From positions 384,001-448,000 of the forward strand of contig CAVTRY010000023.1 of assembly GCA_963737265.1 (NCBI GenBank): a stretch of 64,000 bases of DNA. The letters run 5' to 3'. This document shows positions 11,384 through 20,961 of this stretch, piece after piece. Made by a program: the position numbers and the translations under genes. The first letter of the stretch is position 1. The number at the start of each line of letters is the position of its first letter. This DNA is from an uncultured delta proteobacterium (GTDB lineage: Bacteria; Myxococcota_A; Polyangia; Fen-1088). A model generated the notes under the pieces. That model was not told the origin of the DNA. It made no database searches and saw nothing but the letters and a program-made list of their open reading frames with translations.

Positions 11384-13381
11384 GTGTGCGGGATCGCGGG
11401 AATACTGTCACGGCAATCCGAACCGCCCAGCATCGAGCAGCTTGGCGCCATGGCGGCGTCGCTTTTCCACCGCGGTCCCGACGAATTCGGCGTGTATCGC
11501 GACAGCAAGGTCGGGCTGGCGCATGCCCGACTTTCGATCATCGATCTTTCCGCTGGCCAGCAACCCCTTTGCAATGAAGACGGCAGCTTGTGGGTAGTGT
11601 TCAACGGCGAGATTTTCAACTACGTCGAGCTGCGCGCCGAGCTGCTCGCGCTGGGCCACGTGTTCCGCACGCAAAGCGACACCGAGGTCATAGTTCACGC
11701 GTTCGAAGCCTGGGGCGAGCGCGCGTTCGCCCGCTTCAATGGCCAGTACGCGCTCGCGCTGTGGCAGAACCAAACCAGGACGTTGACGCTGGTCCGCGAC
11801 CGGGTGGGCGTTCGGCCGCTCTATTATATGGAACACGGCGATCGCGTGTACTTCGCCAGCGAGGTCAAGGCGATCTTTGCCGCGGACGCCGGTCTGCCGC
11901 GCGAAATCGATCCGGTCGGCATCGACGAAACCTTCACCTTCTGGTCCACCGTCGCGCCCCGGTCGGTGTTCAAGGGTGTGGTCGAGTTGCCGCCAGGATC
12001 CGTGCGTGTCTTCTCGCCTGGCGGCGTTGAAGAGCACACCTTTTGGCAACCGAGCTACCCGGTGGGCGAGCAGGACCGATTCGCCGGCACGCTTGAAGAA
12101 GCCGAGACCGCGGTGCTGGAGTCCCTCCAGCGCGCGACCGATTTGCGCATGTTGCGCGCCGATGTTCCCGTGGGCAGCTATCTGTCGGGCGGGCTCGACA
12201 GCTCGCTGGTCGCCGCCCTTGGTTTGCGTGCCAAGGGCGAACGGTTTCGAACTTTTTCGTTGCGCTTCGAGGACGCCGAATTCGACGAAACCGGCTTTCA
12301 GCGCGAGATGCAGAGATTTCTTGGCAGCGAGCACGCGGAGGTCGTCGTATCGCAACGACAGATCGCCGAGGTGTTTCCCGACGTCATCGAGCACACCGAG
12401 CGCCCCATCCTACGCACGGGACCTGCGCCGATGTTTCTGCTGTCGCGCTTGGTTCGGGCGGCGGGGATCAAGGTCGTGCTGACCGGCGAGGGGGCGGACG
12501 AGATGTTCGCCGGCTACGACATCTTTCGCGAGGCCAAGGTTCGCCGCTTCTGGGCGCGCCAGCCAGGCTCAGAAAGCAGGCCGCGGCTGCTCGAGAAGCT
12601 CTATCCCTACCTCGCGCGCTCGCCCGTTGCCCAGCAAGCCATGGCGCGCAGGTTTTTCGGCCGCGGCCTCGAACGGGCGCGCCTGCCCGGCTTCTCGCAC
12701 GAGCCGCGCTGGCAGGGCGCGGCGGCGCTCAAGCGTTTGTTCTCCGAGCGCCAGCAGCAACTCGCCCAGGGGATTTCCGTCGTCGACGAATTGCTGGCCC
12801 GATTGCCGAGCGACTTTTCCAAGTGGACCGCTCTTGCGCAGGATCAGTATCTCGAGGTCCGCACCCTGCTGCCGGGCTATATCCTGTCGTCGCAGGGCGA
12901 CCGAATGTTGATGGCCCACTCGGTGGAAGGGCGCTTCCCGTTCCTGGATGCCGAGGTCATGCGCTTGGCTGCGTCGCTGCCCGATTCGTACAAGCTCAAG
13001 GTTCTCGACGAAAAACACATCCTCAAGCGCATCGGCCGGGGCCTGGTTCCACCGTCGATCCTTGCGCGCAAGAAGCAGCCCTATCGCGCTCCGGACGCGG
13101 CTTGCTTCGTGGCGGCCGATGCCCCCGCGTGGGTAGGTGATGTCATCTCCGCGGACAATCTGCGCGCGGCGGGAGTCTTCAGCGCGAAGGCCGTCGAACA
13201 GCTTTTCCAGAAGTGTCGTGACCGGCAGGGCTCGCAGTTTTCCAACGCCGATAACATGGCGGTGGTGGGCGTGCTTTCGACCCAGCTCCTGTATCGCCAG
13301 TTCATCCAACATCATCGGCCAACTCGGCCGATTGCCGAGTTTTCCACCCGCGTGGATCGCCTAAGTTTGAGGCAACCATGA
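11384..13381 (+). CDS. asnB: asparagine synthase (glutamine-hydrolysing) family amidotransferase
   Basis: N-terminal CGIAG, HRGPD, FNGEIFN, SGGLDSS, TGEGADE, EGRFPFLD. Confidence 0.93.
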   Translation: MCGIAGILSRQSEPPSIEQLGAMAASLFHRGPDEFGVYRDSKVGLAHARLSIIDLSAGQQPLCNEDGSLWVVFNGEIFNYVELRAELLALGHVFRTQSDTEVIVHAFEAWGERAFARFNGQYALALWQNQTRTLTLVRDRVGVRPLYYMEHGDRVYFASEVKAIFAADAGLPREIDPVGIDETFTFWSTVAPRSVFKGVVELPPGSVRVFSPGGVEEHTFWQPSYPVGEQDRFAGTLEEAETAVLESLQRATDLRMLRADVPVGSYLSGGLDSSLVAALGLRAKGERFRTFSLRFEDAEFDETGFQREMQRFLGSEHAEVVVSQRQIAEVFPDVIEHTERPILRTGPAPMFLLSRLVRAAGIKVVLTGEGADEMFAGYDIFREAKVRRFWARQPGSESRPRLLEKLYPYLARSPVAQQAMARRFFGRGLERARLPGFSHEPRWQGAAALKRLFSERQQQLAQGISVVDELLARLPSDFSKWTALAQDQYLEVRTLLPGYILSSQGDRMLMAHSVEGRFPFLDAEVMRLAASLPDSYKLKVLDEKHILKRIGRGLVPPSILARKKQPYRAPDAACFVAADAPAWVGDVISADNLRAAGVFSAKAVEQLFQKCRDRQGSQFSNADNMAVVGVLSTQLLYRQFIQHHRPTRPIAEFSTRVDRLSLRQP

Positions 13382-14934
13382 ATCACGCCGTTCCCTTGCT
13401 GCACGACTACTTGATCGATTCCGCGCGCAGGCTGCCCGACAAGATCGCGCTGGTCTGCCAACAGCAGCGTCTCACCTACGCGGAGATCGATGCGCGCTCG
13501 AATGCCCTCGCCCACGCGCTCGTGCGCCGAGGCGTCGAGCGCGGCGACCGGGTCGTGGTGTTCGCCGACAACACCGTCGAGACCGTGGTGTCGTTCTGGG
13601 CCACGCTCAAGGCGAATGCGGTCATCACCATCGTGAACCCTCTCACCAAAGCGGACAAGCTCGCCTACTTGCTAGGCGACTGTCGCGCGGTCGCCCTCAT
13701 CAGCGATGGCCACATCACGTCCGTGTTCGCCGAGGCAGCCGCGCAGTCGCCCCATCTCAACACCGTCATTATCTCCGGGACCGTCGACGAAAGTCGCACG
13801 CACAACCTGCCCGGTGTTGTTGCCTGGAACGAGGCCGTGCAAGCCGAGTCGCGCGCGGCCCCGCCCGCTCGGCGCAACATCGACGTCGACTTGGCGGCCA
13901 TCGTGTACACCTCCGGCAGCACCGGCGATCCCAAGGGCGTGATGCTCACGCATCGAAACATGCTCACCGCCGCCACCTCCATCACCACCTACCTCGAAAA
14001 CGTCGAGGACGACGTGATCTTGAGCGTGTTGCCGATGTCGTTCGATTACAGCCTGTACCAGATGATCATGGCGTTTCGCATGGGTGCGCGCCTGGTGCTC
14101 GAACGCAGCTTCACCTATCCCGCCCAGGTGCTCAACGTACTGGTCGAGGAGGGCGTCACCGGGTTTCCCGGCGTCCCCACGATTTTCGCCATCCTGGCCG
14201 AGATGAAGACCCTCGCACGGTACGACTTCTCCAAGATTCGCTACGTGACGAACACCGCCGCCGCGCTGCCCGTCAAGCACATCACCCTGCTAAGCGACCT
14301 GTTTCCCCGCGCCGCCATCTACTCGATGTACGGCCTGACCGAATGCAAGCGTTGCACCTATCTGCCGCCCAAGTGCCTCAAAGACAAGCCGGGCAGCGTG
14401 GGCATCGCGATTCCCAACACCGAGCTGTGGCTGGTGGGCGAGGACGACCGCAAGCTCGGACCGAACGAAGTCGGTCAATTGGTGATCCGTGGCGCGACGG
14501 TGATGAAAGGCTATTGGGAAAAGCCGGAGGCGACGGCCAGGAAGCTGCGGCCGGGGCCGTTGCCGGGAGAGCTCGTGCTCTACACCGGCGACTACGCGCG
14601 CCTCGACGAAGACGGCTTTCTCTACTTCGTGGGCAGAATGGACGACATCATCAAGTCGCGGGGCGAAAAAGTGGCACCCAAGGAAGTCGAAAACGCCTTG
14701 ATGAACATCCAAGGCGTGAAGGAGGCCGCGGTCATCGGTGTCCCCGACGAGATTTTGGGCCAAGCCGTGAAAGCCTATGTGGTTCTCGAAAAAGGAGTCG
14801 GCATGTCCGATAAGGATGTGGTGCGCGAGTGCCAGCGCCGTCTCGAGAACTTCATGGTTCCCAAGCACGTCGTGTTCGTGGACGATTTGCCCAAGACAAC
14901 CACGGGAAAGATCAAGAAGACGGGGCTCGTATGA
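13378..14934 (+). CDS. AMP-dependent (ANL) acyl-ACP/CoA ligase
   Basis: YTSGSTGDPKGV, MYGLTE, YTGD, GRMDDIIKSRGEKV, LPKTTTGKI; ATGA overlap with asnB. Confidence 0.92.
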   Translation: MNHAVPLLHDYLIDSARRLPDKIALVCQQQRLTYAEIDARSNALAHALVRRGVERGDRVVVFADNTVETVVSFWATLKANAVITIVNPLTKADKLAYLLGDCRAVALISDGHITSVFAEAAAQSPHLNTVIISGTVDESRTHNLPGVVAWNEAVQAESRAAPPARRNIDVDLAAIVYTSGSTGDPKGVMLTHRNMLTAATSITTYLENVEDDVILSVLPMSFDYSLYQMIMAFRMGARLVLERSFTYPAQVLNVLVEEGVTGFPGVPTIFAILAEMKTLARYDFSKIRYVTNTAAALPVKHITLLSDLFPRAAIYSMYGLTECKRCTYLPPKCLKDKPGSVGIAIPNTELWLVGEDDRKLGPNEVGQLVIRGATVMKGYWEKPEATARKLRPGPLPGELVLYTGDYARLDEDGFLYFVGRMDDIIKSRGEKVAPKEVENALMNIQGVKEAAVIGVPDEILGQAVKAYVVLEKGVGMSDKDVVRECQRRLENFMVPKHVVFVDDLPKTTTGKIKKTGLV

Positions 14935-15641
14935 CGACCAAATCCGAGGCTGGGCTCGAGACCGACGAAGAAGGTCGACCTCTAGCCTATGCACGAGGGC
15001 TACAAACCTTCATGGGTCACGCGCTGTTCGTTGCCCCCGGCGCGCTCGTGCCTCGCAAAGAGACGGAGCTGCTGGCGACGGTGGCTATCGCCGATCTGTC
15101 CCCGCGTGGCGACGACTTGAGAGTCATCGATATGTGCTGCGGCGCCGGCAATCTCGCCTGCGCCATCGCCGCGGCCTTGCCCTCCGCTCGGGTTTGGGCC
15201 GCCGATCTGACCGAGGGCGCCGTCCTGGTGGCGCGGAAGAATGTCGAACGCCTGGGCCTGCACGAGCGAGTGACCGTCTGGCAAGGCGACCTGTTCGCAC
15301 CGCTCGAGCCCCTCGGTTTGCAGGGCTCCATCGATGCCGTGGCGTGCAATCCCCCCTACATTTCAAGCAGCCGCCTCGCCGCGCGCGACGACCTCGCGCA
15401 CGAGCCGCGCGAGGCCTTCGATGGCGGCCCCTACGGGATTTCTATCCACCAGCGGGTGGTCAGCGCCGCGCTTCCCTTGCTGCGCAAGGGTGGTACGCTA
15501 TTGTTTGAATTTGGGGTGGGACAGGAACGCCAGGTAAAGTTTCTCTTCGAACGATGCAAAGGCTACGAGGCTGCTCGGCTCTTTCCGAACGAACAGGGCC
15601 AGCCCCGGGTTATCAGCGCCAGAAAGAGATCCGAGGGATGA
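14931..15641 (+). CDS. PrmC/HemK-like SAM-dependent N-methyltransferase lacking most of the N-terminal domain
   Basis: PLAY.RG, LVPRKETE, DMCCGAGN, NPPY, HEPREAFDGG; ATGA overlaps at both ends. Confidence 0.85.
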   Translation: MTTKSEAGLETDEEGRPLAYARGLQTFMGHALFVAPGALVPRKETELLATVAIADLSPRGDDLRVIDMCCGAGNLACAIAAALPSARVWAADLTEGAVLVARKNVERLGLHERVTVWQGDLFAPLEPLGLQGSIDAVACNPPYISSSRLAARDDLAHEPREAFDGGPYGISIHQRVVSAALPLLRKGGTLLFEFGVGQERQVKFLFERCKGYEAARLFPNEQGQPRVISARKRSEG

Positions 15642-15889
15642 CTACCGCAGAGCGAATCAGACAGTTCATCACGACCAATTTCTACGTGGCCGACCCCGCG
15701 AAGCTCGCCGACGACGCTTCGTTCCTGGACCAGGGCATCATCGACTCGACCGGCGTGCTCGAGGTCGTCGGCTTTCTTGAGGAGGGTTTCGGAATCGTGG
15801 TAGGCGACGACGAAATGTTGCCGGAGAATTTGGATTCCGTGCGAAACTTGACGGCGTTCGTGGAGCGAAAGCGCTTGAAGCCAGTTTGA
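15638..15889 (+). CDS. acyl carrier protein
   Basis: GIIDSTGVLE phosphopantetheinylation motif; PENLDS; 83 aa, acidic. Confidence 0.9.
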   Translation: MTTAERIRQFITTNFYVADPAKLADDASFLDQGIIDSTGVLEVVGFLEEGFGIVVGDDEMLPENLDSVRNLTAFVERKRLKPV

Positions 15890-15906
15890 AACCCTAGAAA
15901 TCAACC

Positions 15907-16485
15907 ATGGCTACGCTGGCAACACTGGTCACGCAGCTACGCAAGGACTACCGGCGGCATCACTCTTCGCTGAGCGCTCCGACGGTTTGGGCAGTCGCGG
16001 TTTATCGGTTCGGCGTTTGGGGTAGGGAGCTACAGAATCCCATCATCAAGACCGTCGCCTCGAAAGCCTACGGCGCCATGTTCTTGGGCATCCAACTGGC
16101 CACGGGCATCGTCATCAATCGCGAGGCGAAGATAGGCAGCGATTTTTATCTCATCCACCACGGGAACACGAAGATTCACCCGGGTGTGATTATCGGAGAA
16201 GGCTGCGCCATCATGCATGACGTGACCCTCGGGACGAACATGGAACGTCCAGGCGCGCCTCGTCTCGGTAACAATGTCTTTGTTGGCGCGGGGGCCAAGA
16301 TACTCGGGCCAATCACGATCGGAGACGGCGCTCGCATCGCCGCGAATTCGCTGGTCATCTCGGATGTTCCGGCTGGCATGACCGCGATCGGCGTGCCTGC
16401 GCGCCTGCTCCAGTATACCGGGCGCCCAATGCCGTCGGCCTCACCGAGTGCATCAGGCCGGTCCAGCGAGACGCCGAAGACGTAG
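15907..16485 (+). CDS. CysE/WcaB-like hexapeptide-repeat O-acetyltransferase
   Basis: HHG...IGEGC.IMHDVTLG; PRLGNNVFVGAGAKILG; DVPAGMTAIGVPAR. Confidence 0.85.
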   Translation: MATLATLVTQLRKDYRRHHSSLSAPTVWAVAVYRFGVWGRELQNPIIKTVASKAYGAMFLGIQLATGIVINREAKIGSDFYLIHHGNTKIHPGVIIGEGCAIMHDVTLGTNMERPGAPRLGNNVFVGAGAKILGPITIGDGARIAANSLVISDVPAGMTAIGVPARLLQYTGRPMPSASPSASGRSSETPKT

Positions 16486-16541
16486 CCGGAGGCGTAGTCG
16501 ATTTCAGGTCGCCAAGCGGTGAGCCCTGTGAGGATCCACGC

Positions 16542-17924
16542 TCAAACGAACTTCGCGAACAGAACCAGGCGCCCGAAGGTGACTCCCCTGCCGTCTTCAC
16601 TCGCGCGTTGAATGGCGGTCAGAAAATCGACTTGATGTGATACCGCTTTGGTGAAGATCTGAATCACGTCAGCGGCGATGGCCGACAACCTGGCTTCGTC
16701 CCCCTGCGCATCGTCGTCGGCGTCTAGCAGCGACACCACGGCCGGCGTGCCCAACAGTAACAGCCGAATCGAGGCAACCGACAGCGCCATTCGCCCGAGA
16801 TAGTTAAGCAGCGACGGCGCATCGGTATATGGGTAGCGCAACAGGTAGTGACGGCAATAGCGCGCCAAGATCCGATCGACCAACCCTGGCAGTTTCAGGT
16901 CCAGCCGCTGTCGGCGTCGGGCCACGAGCACCGACAGCTCGCCGGGCGTGAGCGGCCGGTCGGCGCCACCACCCGCTTCGACCTGCAGCGACTCGAAGGC
17001 CGCTTTCAGTAGCGCCGCGAAACGCGGGGGATGCCGCAGGCGCAGACGCTGAATCAGCAGTGAAGCCGCCGACGCGACGACCGCGTCGGAGCTTCCGTTG
17101 TACGATTGGAGGTCGCGGTGCAGAGCCTTCGCCGCGGCCTCGTTCACAGTGCTCGCAAGCTCGTTTTGCAGAAGCAGGCAGGCAAGACCTCGCCGCGATC
17201 CTTCGAATGCGTCGGTGCCGCGGCGAAAGAACCCGTCCACCTGCGCCGCCAGCCGGGCGGCCAAAACCAAACGCGTGCCCAACGGATAGTCGCTCCGCTC
17301 GAACAGGTGAAGGAGAGTCTCGCGAACGCGTACAAACGGGGCGGCATACGCATCGCGGCTCTCATCGCCGGCATCGACGGTCTTTCCCACATAGGCACGC
17401 GGCAACAGCGAACCTACGCTGGGTTCCTGTGCTGGGCCGTCTTCGGTCAGGAGAGTCAGTCGTGCCAGCTCAGGACAGGCCAGCGTGCCGGTGACCTCCA
17501 GCCGATTCTCGACGGCGAGTGACGTACGTGGAAACACCGAACACGTGGTGGCAAGAGCGGCCTCGCCATATTTCCGGTGCATCCAGCAGTGGCCGCTGCT
17601 TTCCAGCAGGGGACACGCCCCGTCGTCGTCCAGGGAAACGCTGGCTTGGACGGCGCCGCCATCGGGTGGCGCAACCGACCAAACCTGCAGCCGCACGATG
17701 CGTTCGTGATCGGCGGGATCGGCCGCAGTTGCAACAAGCATGCGCTCCACGCTGGGTGGATCAAACGCGATGCCGAAGTCGCGGCAGCAGGAATCCGGGC
17801 ACTCGGCACCGGTGCAGGAAAATCGCCGCATCGCCCACGTGGCCACCTCAAGGCGCGCGGCAGGGAAGGTTCCGGGCGGGGTTGGCGGGTCGAATGCCCG
17901 GGCGTCCCGGTTCGATGGGGGCAT
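16542..17924 (-). CDS. FliB-like (flagellin lysine-N-methylase / YkgJ Cys-cluster) protein
   Basis: FSCTGAECPDSCC, CPLLES.GHC..H, TCSVFPR, TLACPE pattern. Confidence 0.8.
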   Translation of the reverse strand: MPPSNRDARAFDPPTPPGTFPAARLEVATWAMRRFSCTGAECPDSCCRDFGIAFDPPSVERMLVATAADPADHERIVRLQVWSVAPPDGGAVQASVSLDDDGACPLLESSGHCWMHRKYGEAALATTCSVFPRTSLAVENRLEVTGTLACPELARLTLLTEDGPAQEPSVGSLLPRAYVGKTVDAGDESRDAYAAPFVRVRETLLHLFERSDYPLGTRLVLAARLAAQVDGFFRRGTDAFEGSRRGLACLLLQNELASTVNEAAAKALHRDLQSYNGSSDAVVASAASLLIQRLRLRHPPRFAALLKAAFESLQVEAGGGADRPLTPGELSVLVARRRQRLDLKLPGLVDRILARYCRHYLLRYPYTDAPSLLNYLGRMALSVASIRLLLLGTPAVVSLLDADDDAQGDEARLSAIAADVIQIFTKAVSHQVDFLTAIQRASEDGRGVTFGRLVLFAKFV

Positions 17925-18331
17925 GGTCCCGCTGGTCCCTGCAAGCGACGACCCAACACGGAAGTGGCCGATTTTCGTGGCCTGGCGCGGGCATCAGCGG
18001 CGAAGGCGGCGGCCCCGTCGGCAAGAGTTGCTGGCCGGAAGGTCTTGCCGCGTCCGTCCTGCCAGGCCATTTTGCCAGCGCGTGACCGATCGATCGCGGA
18101 ATAGCTTGCGACGAAGCCTTCATTGCCGGCCAAATGTATGTCTTGCATTCAATCTTGTGTTGCTTACAATACATAAGACACCGACAATCATAGGCATCGA
18201 CAACGCACCGCTTTCTTCCTGGTAGGAACCAAAGAAAAGGTGGCGATTGTCGAGAGGAGAGGGCTCATACGGTAGAGGCTTGGGCGACTGTCGGGCTTCG
18301 TGAAGATCCTTTTTTTGGCATGGAGGCACCT

Positions 18332-19447
18332 ATGAACAATCTAGCAACAGGCAAAGCGATGACCCTCGTTGCACTCTGCGCAGCCGCTCTTTCCGTCCAA
18401 TGCGGATCTTCTCCGCCCGTTGTCGGCGGATCCCCGTCGTCGGGAAATGGAGGGGGCGCCATCACCATCACGGGGGCCGGAGGTAACTCCGGCACGACCG
18501 GCGGCGGAGGTAGCAGCGCCAGCGGTCCCCCGGCGAATCCCGACGCCAACTGCGGAACCCAAACCAGCAATATGTCGCAGCAGCCGGCGGATCTGCTCTT
18601 GGTCCTGGATCGTTCGGGCTCGATGGCCGACGACATAGCCTCCAACAATTCCTGCACCGGTCGTGGGGCTCCGGCCAATTGCACCGCACGGTGGCCCACG
18701 ATGACGACAGCCCTCAACCAGGTGCTAGCTTCGTCGCCCGCTGGCGTGCAATGGGGCCTGAAATTCTTCACGTCGCCGAACGGCGGAACCTGTGGTGTGA
18801 ACCCCGGCGTGGACGTCGCTGTGGGGCCCAACACGGCAGCGCAGATCCAAGCCGCCATCGCTCGCACCACGCCCGGCAGTCAAACCCCGACCACCGCGGC
18901 GATCGAAGCCGCGGCGGCCTATCTGCAAACCGTCAACGACGGCCTGCCTCACTACATCCTTCTCGCCACCGACGGCCAACCCAACTGCGATCCGGGAAAC
19001 TCCACCACGACAGATGCGGTCGTCGTCGCGAGAACGGTGGCTGCGATTACCGCTGCCGAGGGCGCTGGCATCAAGACCTTCGTCATCGGCATCGGCCCCT
19101 CGGCGGGAAATCTGGACAACTTCGCAACCGCAGGCGGGACGGGGAAATACTATCCCGCGACATCACCCGATTCTTTGGCGACCGCCCTCAGCTCCATCGC
19201 TGGCCAGGTCGCAAGTTGCGTGTTCAAGATGAGCGCCGCTCCGCAAGACCCGACCAACATCGGCGTCTATTTGGACAAGACGACGAAGGTGCCGCAGGAC
19301 GGAACGAATGGATACACCCTGGGCGCGGACAACATTACCGTAACCTTCAGCGGCAGCTATTGCACCGGGATCACGGCAGGAACCTACAAGGTCGTGCAGG
19401 TATACTTCGGCTGCACCGGATTCGCCCCGCCGTCTTTCATTCCGTAG
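18332..19447 (+). CDS. vWA-domain lipoprotein (CglB-like adhesin family)
   Basis: GGAGG RBS; lipobox-like LSVQC; LLLVLDRSGSM MIDAS; TPT; ILLATDGQPNC. Confidence 0.85.
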   Translation: MNNLATGKAMTLVALCAAALSVQCGSSPPVVGGSPSSGNGGGAITITGAGGNSGTTGGGGSSASGPPANPDANCGTQTSNMSQQPADLLLVLDRSGSMADDIASNNSCTGRGAPANCTARWPTMTTALNQVLASSPAGVQWGLKFFTSPNGGTCGVNPGVDVAVGPNTAAQIQAAIARTTPGSQTPTTAAIEAAAAYLQTVNDGLPHYILLATDGQPNCDPGNSTTTDAVVVARTVAAITAAEGAGIKTFVIGIGPSAGNLDNFATAGGTGKYYPATSPDSLATALSSIAGQVASCVFKMSAAPQDPTNIGVYLDKTTKVPQDGTNGYTLGADNITVTFSGSYCTGITAGTYKVVQVYFGCTGFAPPSFIP

Positions 19448-19457
19448 AACCGCTCGG

Positions 19458-19492
19458 GGACAGCTCCGGTGCGGGAGGCGAGCTTCGGCAGT
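19458..19492 (+). repeat. direct repeat copy 1 (partner at 21850-21883 inside dipZ)
   Basis: ggacagctccggtgcggga(g)gcgagcttcggcagt, identical to 21850-21883 except one extra G. Confidence 0.85.
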
Positions 19493-19553
19493 GCGCCAGC
19501 GACGGCCACGACCGCTTGCGCTTGGCCACCATCACGGTGCAGTAGCCTCGCCT

Positions 19554-20132
19554 TCAGGACTCGGGCGCAAGCCTGTGCGAGAGATCTTCGAGCAACGCAA
19601 GGCGCGAATCTCCGGCTGGGACCATGCGCGGCAGCCACTCTTGCAAGTACGCAAGATCGATGCGTCCGGCTTGGACCGCAAACAGGCGCTTGAGATCCTG
19701 CACGTCCTTGGGTTGAGCATAGAGCAGTTTGGCCAGTGCCGTATCTTCGGCCGAAAGGAACCAGCGCGCCTGCCCGTCAGGCGTGGGCAGTGAAACGCGC
19801 CTGCGCTGCATTTCCGCGTGCCAAGGATGATGGGCGATGAATAGATCAATGCGCGTCCGGGCGAAGTACGCGACGAAAAGGCCCATGCGCGCCACTGTCC
19901 GGTGTGCTTCCGCTCGGTCCACCATGGCACCCGCTCGCTCCACACTGTTGAGCAAGCCATCGAGCTCGTTTTCGCTCACGAAGACCGAAAGGTCCACGTC
20001 CGAAGTCGTTCGCGGCACGCCCCACGCACCCAGCGCCAAAGCACCGCCAAGGGCATAGGGCAAACCGTCTTCATCGAACCGATCGGCGAGCCGTGCCACG
20101 ACGTCGGTTGGCGAGGTCCCGGTCGCAGTCAC
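19554..20132 (-). CDS. nucleotidyltransferase-fold toxin-like protein (MenT1/DUF6036-like)
   Basis: GGALAL.AWGVPRTTSDVDL and EDTALAKL...PKDVQD motifs; GTG start overlaps the upstream TGA. Confidence 0.8.
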   Translation of the reverse strand: MTATGTSPTDVVARLADRFDEDGLPYALGGALALGAWGVPRTTSDVDLSVFVSENELDGLLNSVERAGAMVDRAEAHRTVARMGLFVAYFARTRIDLFIAHHPWHAEMQRRRVSLPTPDGQARWFLSAEDTALAKLLYAQPKDVQDLKRLFAVQAGRIDLAYLQEWLPRMVPAGDSRLALLEDLSHRLAPES

Positions 20133-20413
20133 CTTGTTCCACCTGTCTGCTTCAGTCGTTCGAGAATCGCAATCGTGCTTGCCGGCAGCGGCTCGGGCGC
20201 GTCGGCGCGCGCGCGCACGGCCTCTGGCCAAAGCGAGCGAAACCACGGCAGAAGAGCACACAGTCGCCAGGTTTCGGCCACGCGCTCTTCTGGCGTCGCA
20301 TCCCGCCAGGGCGCAGCCTCACGACGAAGATGCTCGTCCCCAGACAGCGCCCGCACCTGCTCTGCTAGGCGCAGATTCTCCGCCTGCAAGCTCGCTTCGG
20401 GGGTGCCGACCAT
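20129..20413 (-). CDS. small helical putative antitoxin (MenA1-like)
   Basis: 94 aa; WRDATPEERV motif; GTGA coupling to the NTase gene. Confidence 0.6.
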   Translation of the reverse strand: MVGTPEASLQAENLRLAEQVRALSGDEHLRREAAPWRDATPEERVAETWRLCALLPWFRSLWPEAVRARADAPEPLPASTIAILERLKQTGGTR

Positions 20414-20472
20414 GACGGTATTCTACTCCTGCTGTGCGCATCTGGCAGGAAGCGAGTCGTGGATCCCATCAG

Positions 20473-20799
20473 CTAGCCGGGCGTTGACGAGAAGTGATCC
20501 GCAACCAACCACCAACGGCCATCGCGCTTGTCCAGCGTCATGAGGTCGCGGCCGCTCATCCGCACCTCGCGGCCGCCGGCTCGATAGTCGATTTCCTGGG
20601 TAGCATCGGCCGCGTCTTCGGGTGCATAGAGCATCCGCTGCGCCAGGTTGTGGATGAATCCCTGGTGTCGTCGCACCAGGCATTCCAGTGCGTGCCGGTC
20701 GCCTTGGACGGCGGCGAGCACCAGCGCCGAGTCGGAAGCATCGTCCTGGTTTCTGTCGGCTTGGGCAGACGTGCCAGGTTTTCGGATGGTTGCGGTCAA
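20473..20799 (-). pseudogene. chimeric remnant: ECF sigma N-terminus fused to an NTF2/SnoaL-like C-terminus
   Basis: SDSALV..AVQGDRHALECLVRRHQ...AEDAADATQEI then abruptly DYR...LDKRDGRWWLVADHFS; junction near 20590. Confidence 0.7.
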
Positions 20800-20961
20800 G
20801 AGACGGCGGTTGACTCGATAGCGTGAGCAGAGACACGTTGTTTGAGGGAGGTCTGATCACGTTTTCTGAGGGAACGCTGCTCGCTGCGAGAGCGTGCAAG
20901 CCGCCTATCGGCGGCTCCTCCGCTGCGCTCCGCGTGGAATGGAGCGAGGCGGCCGCGGCTG

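Noticed and set aside
11384-13381. Lasso peptide cyclase interpretation of the AsnB-like gene
   Set aside because: Intact N-terminal Cys glutaminase domain; no B1/B2 (RRE/protease) genes or precursor seen
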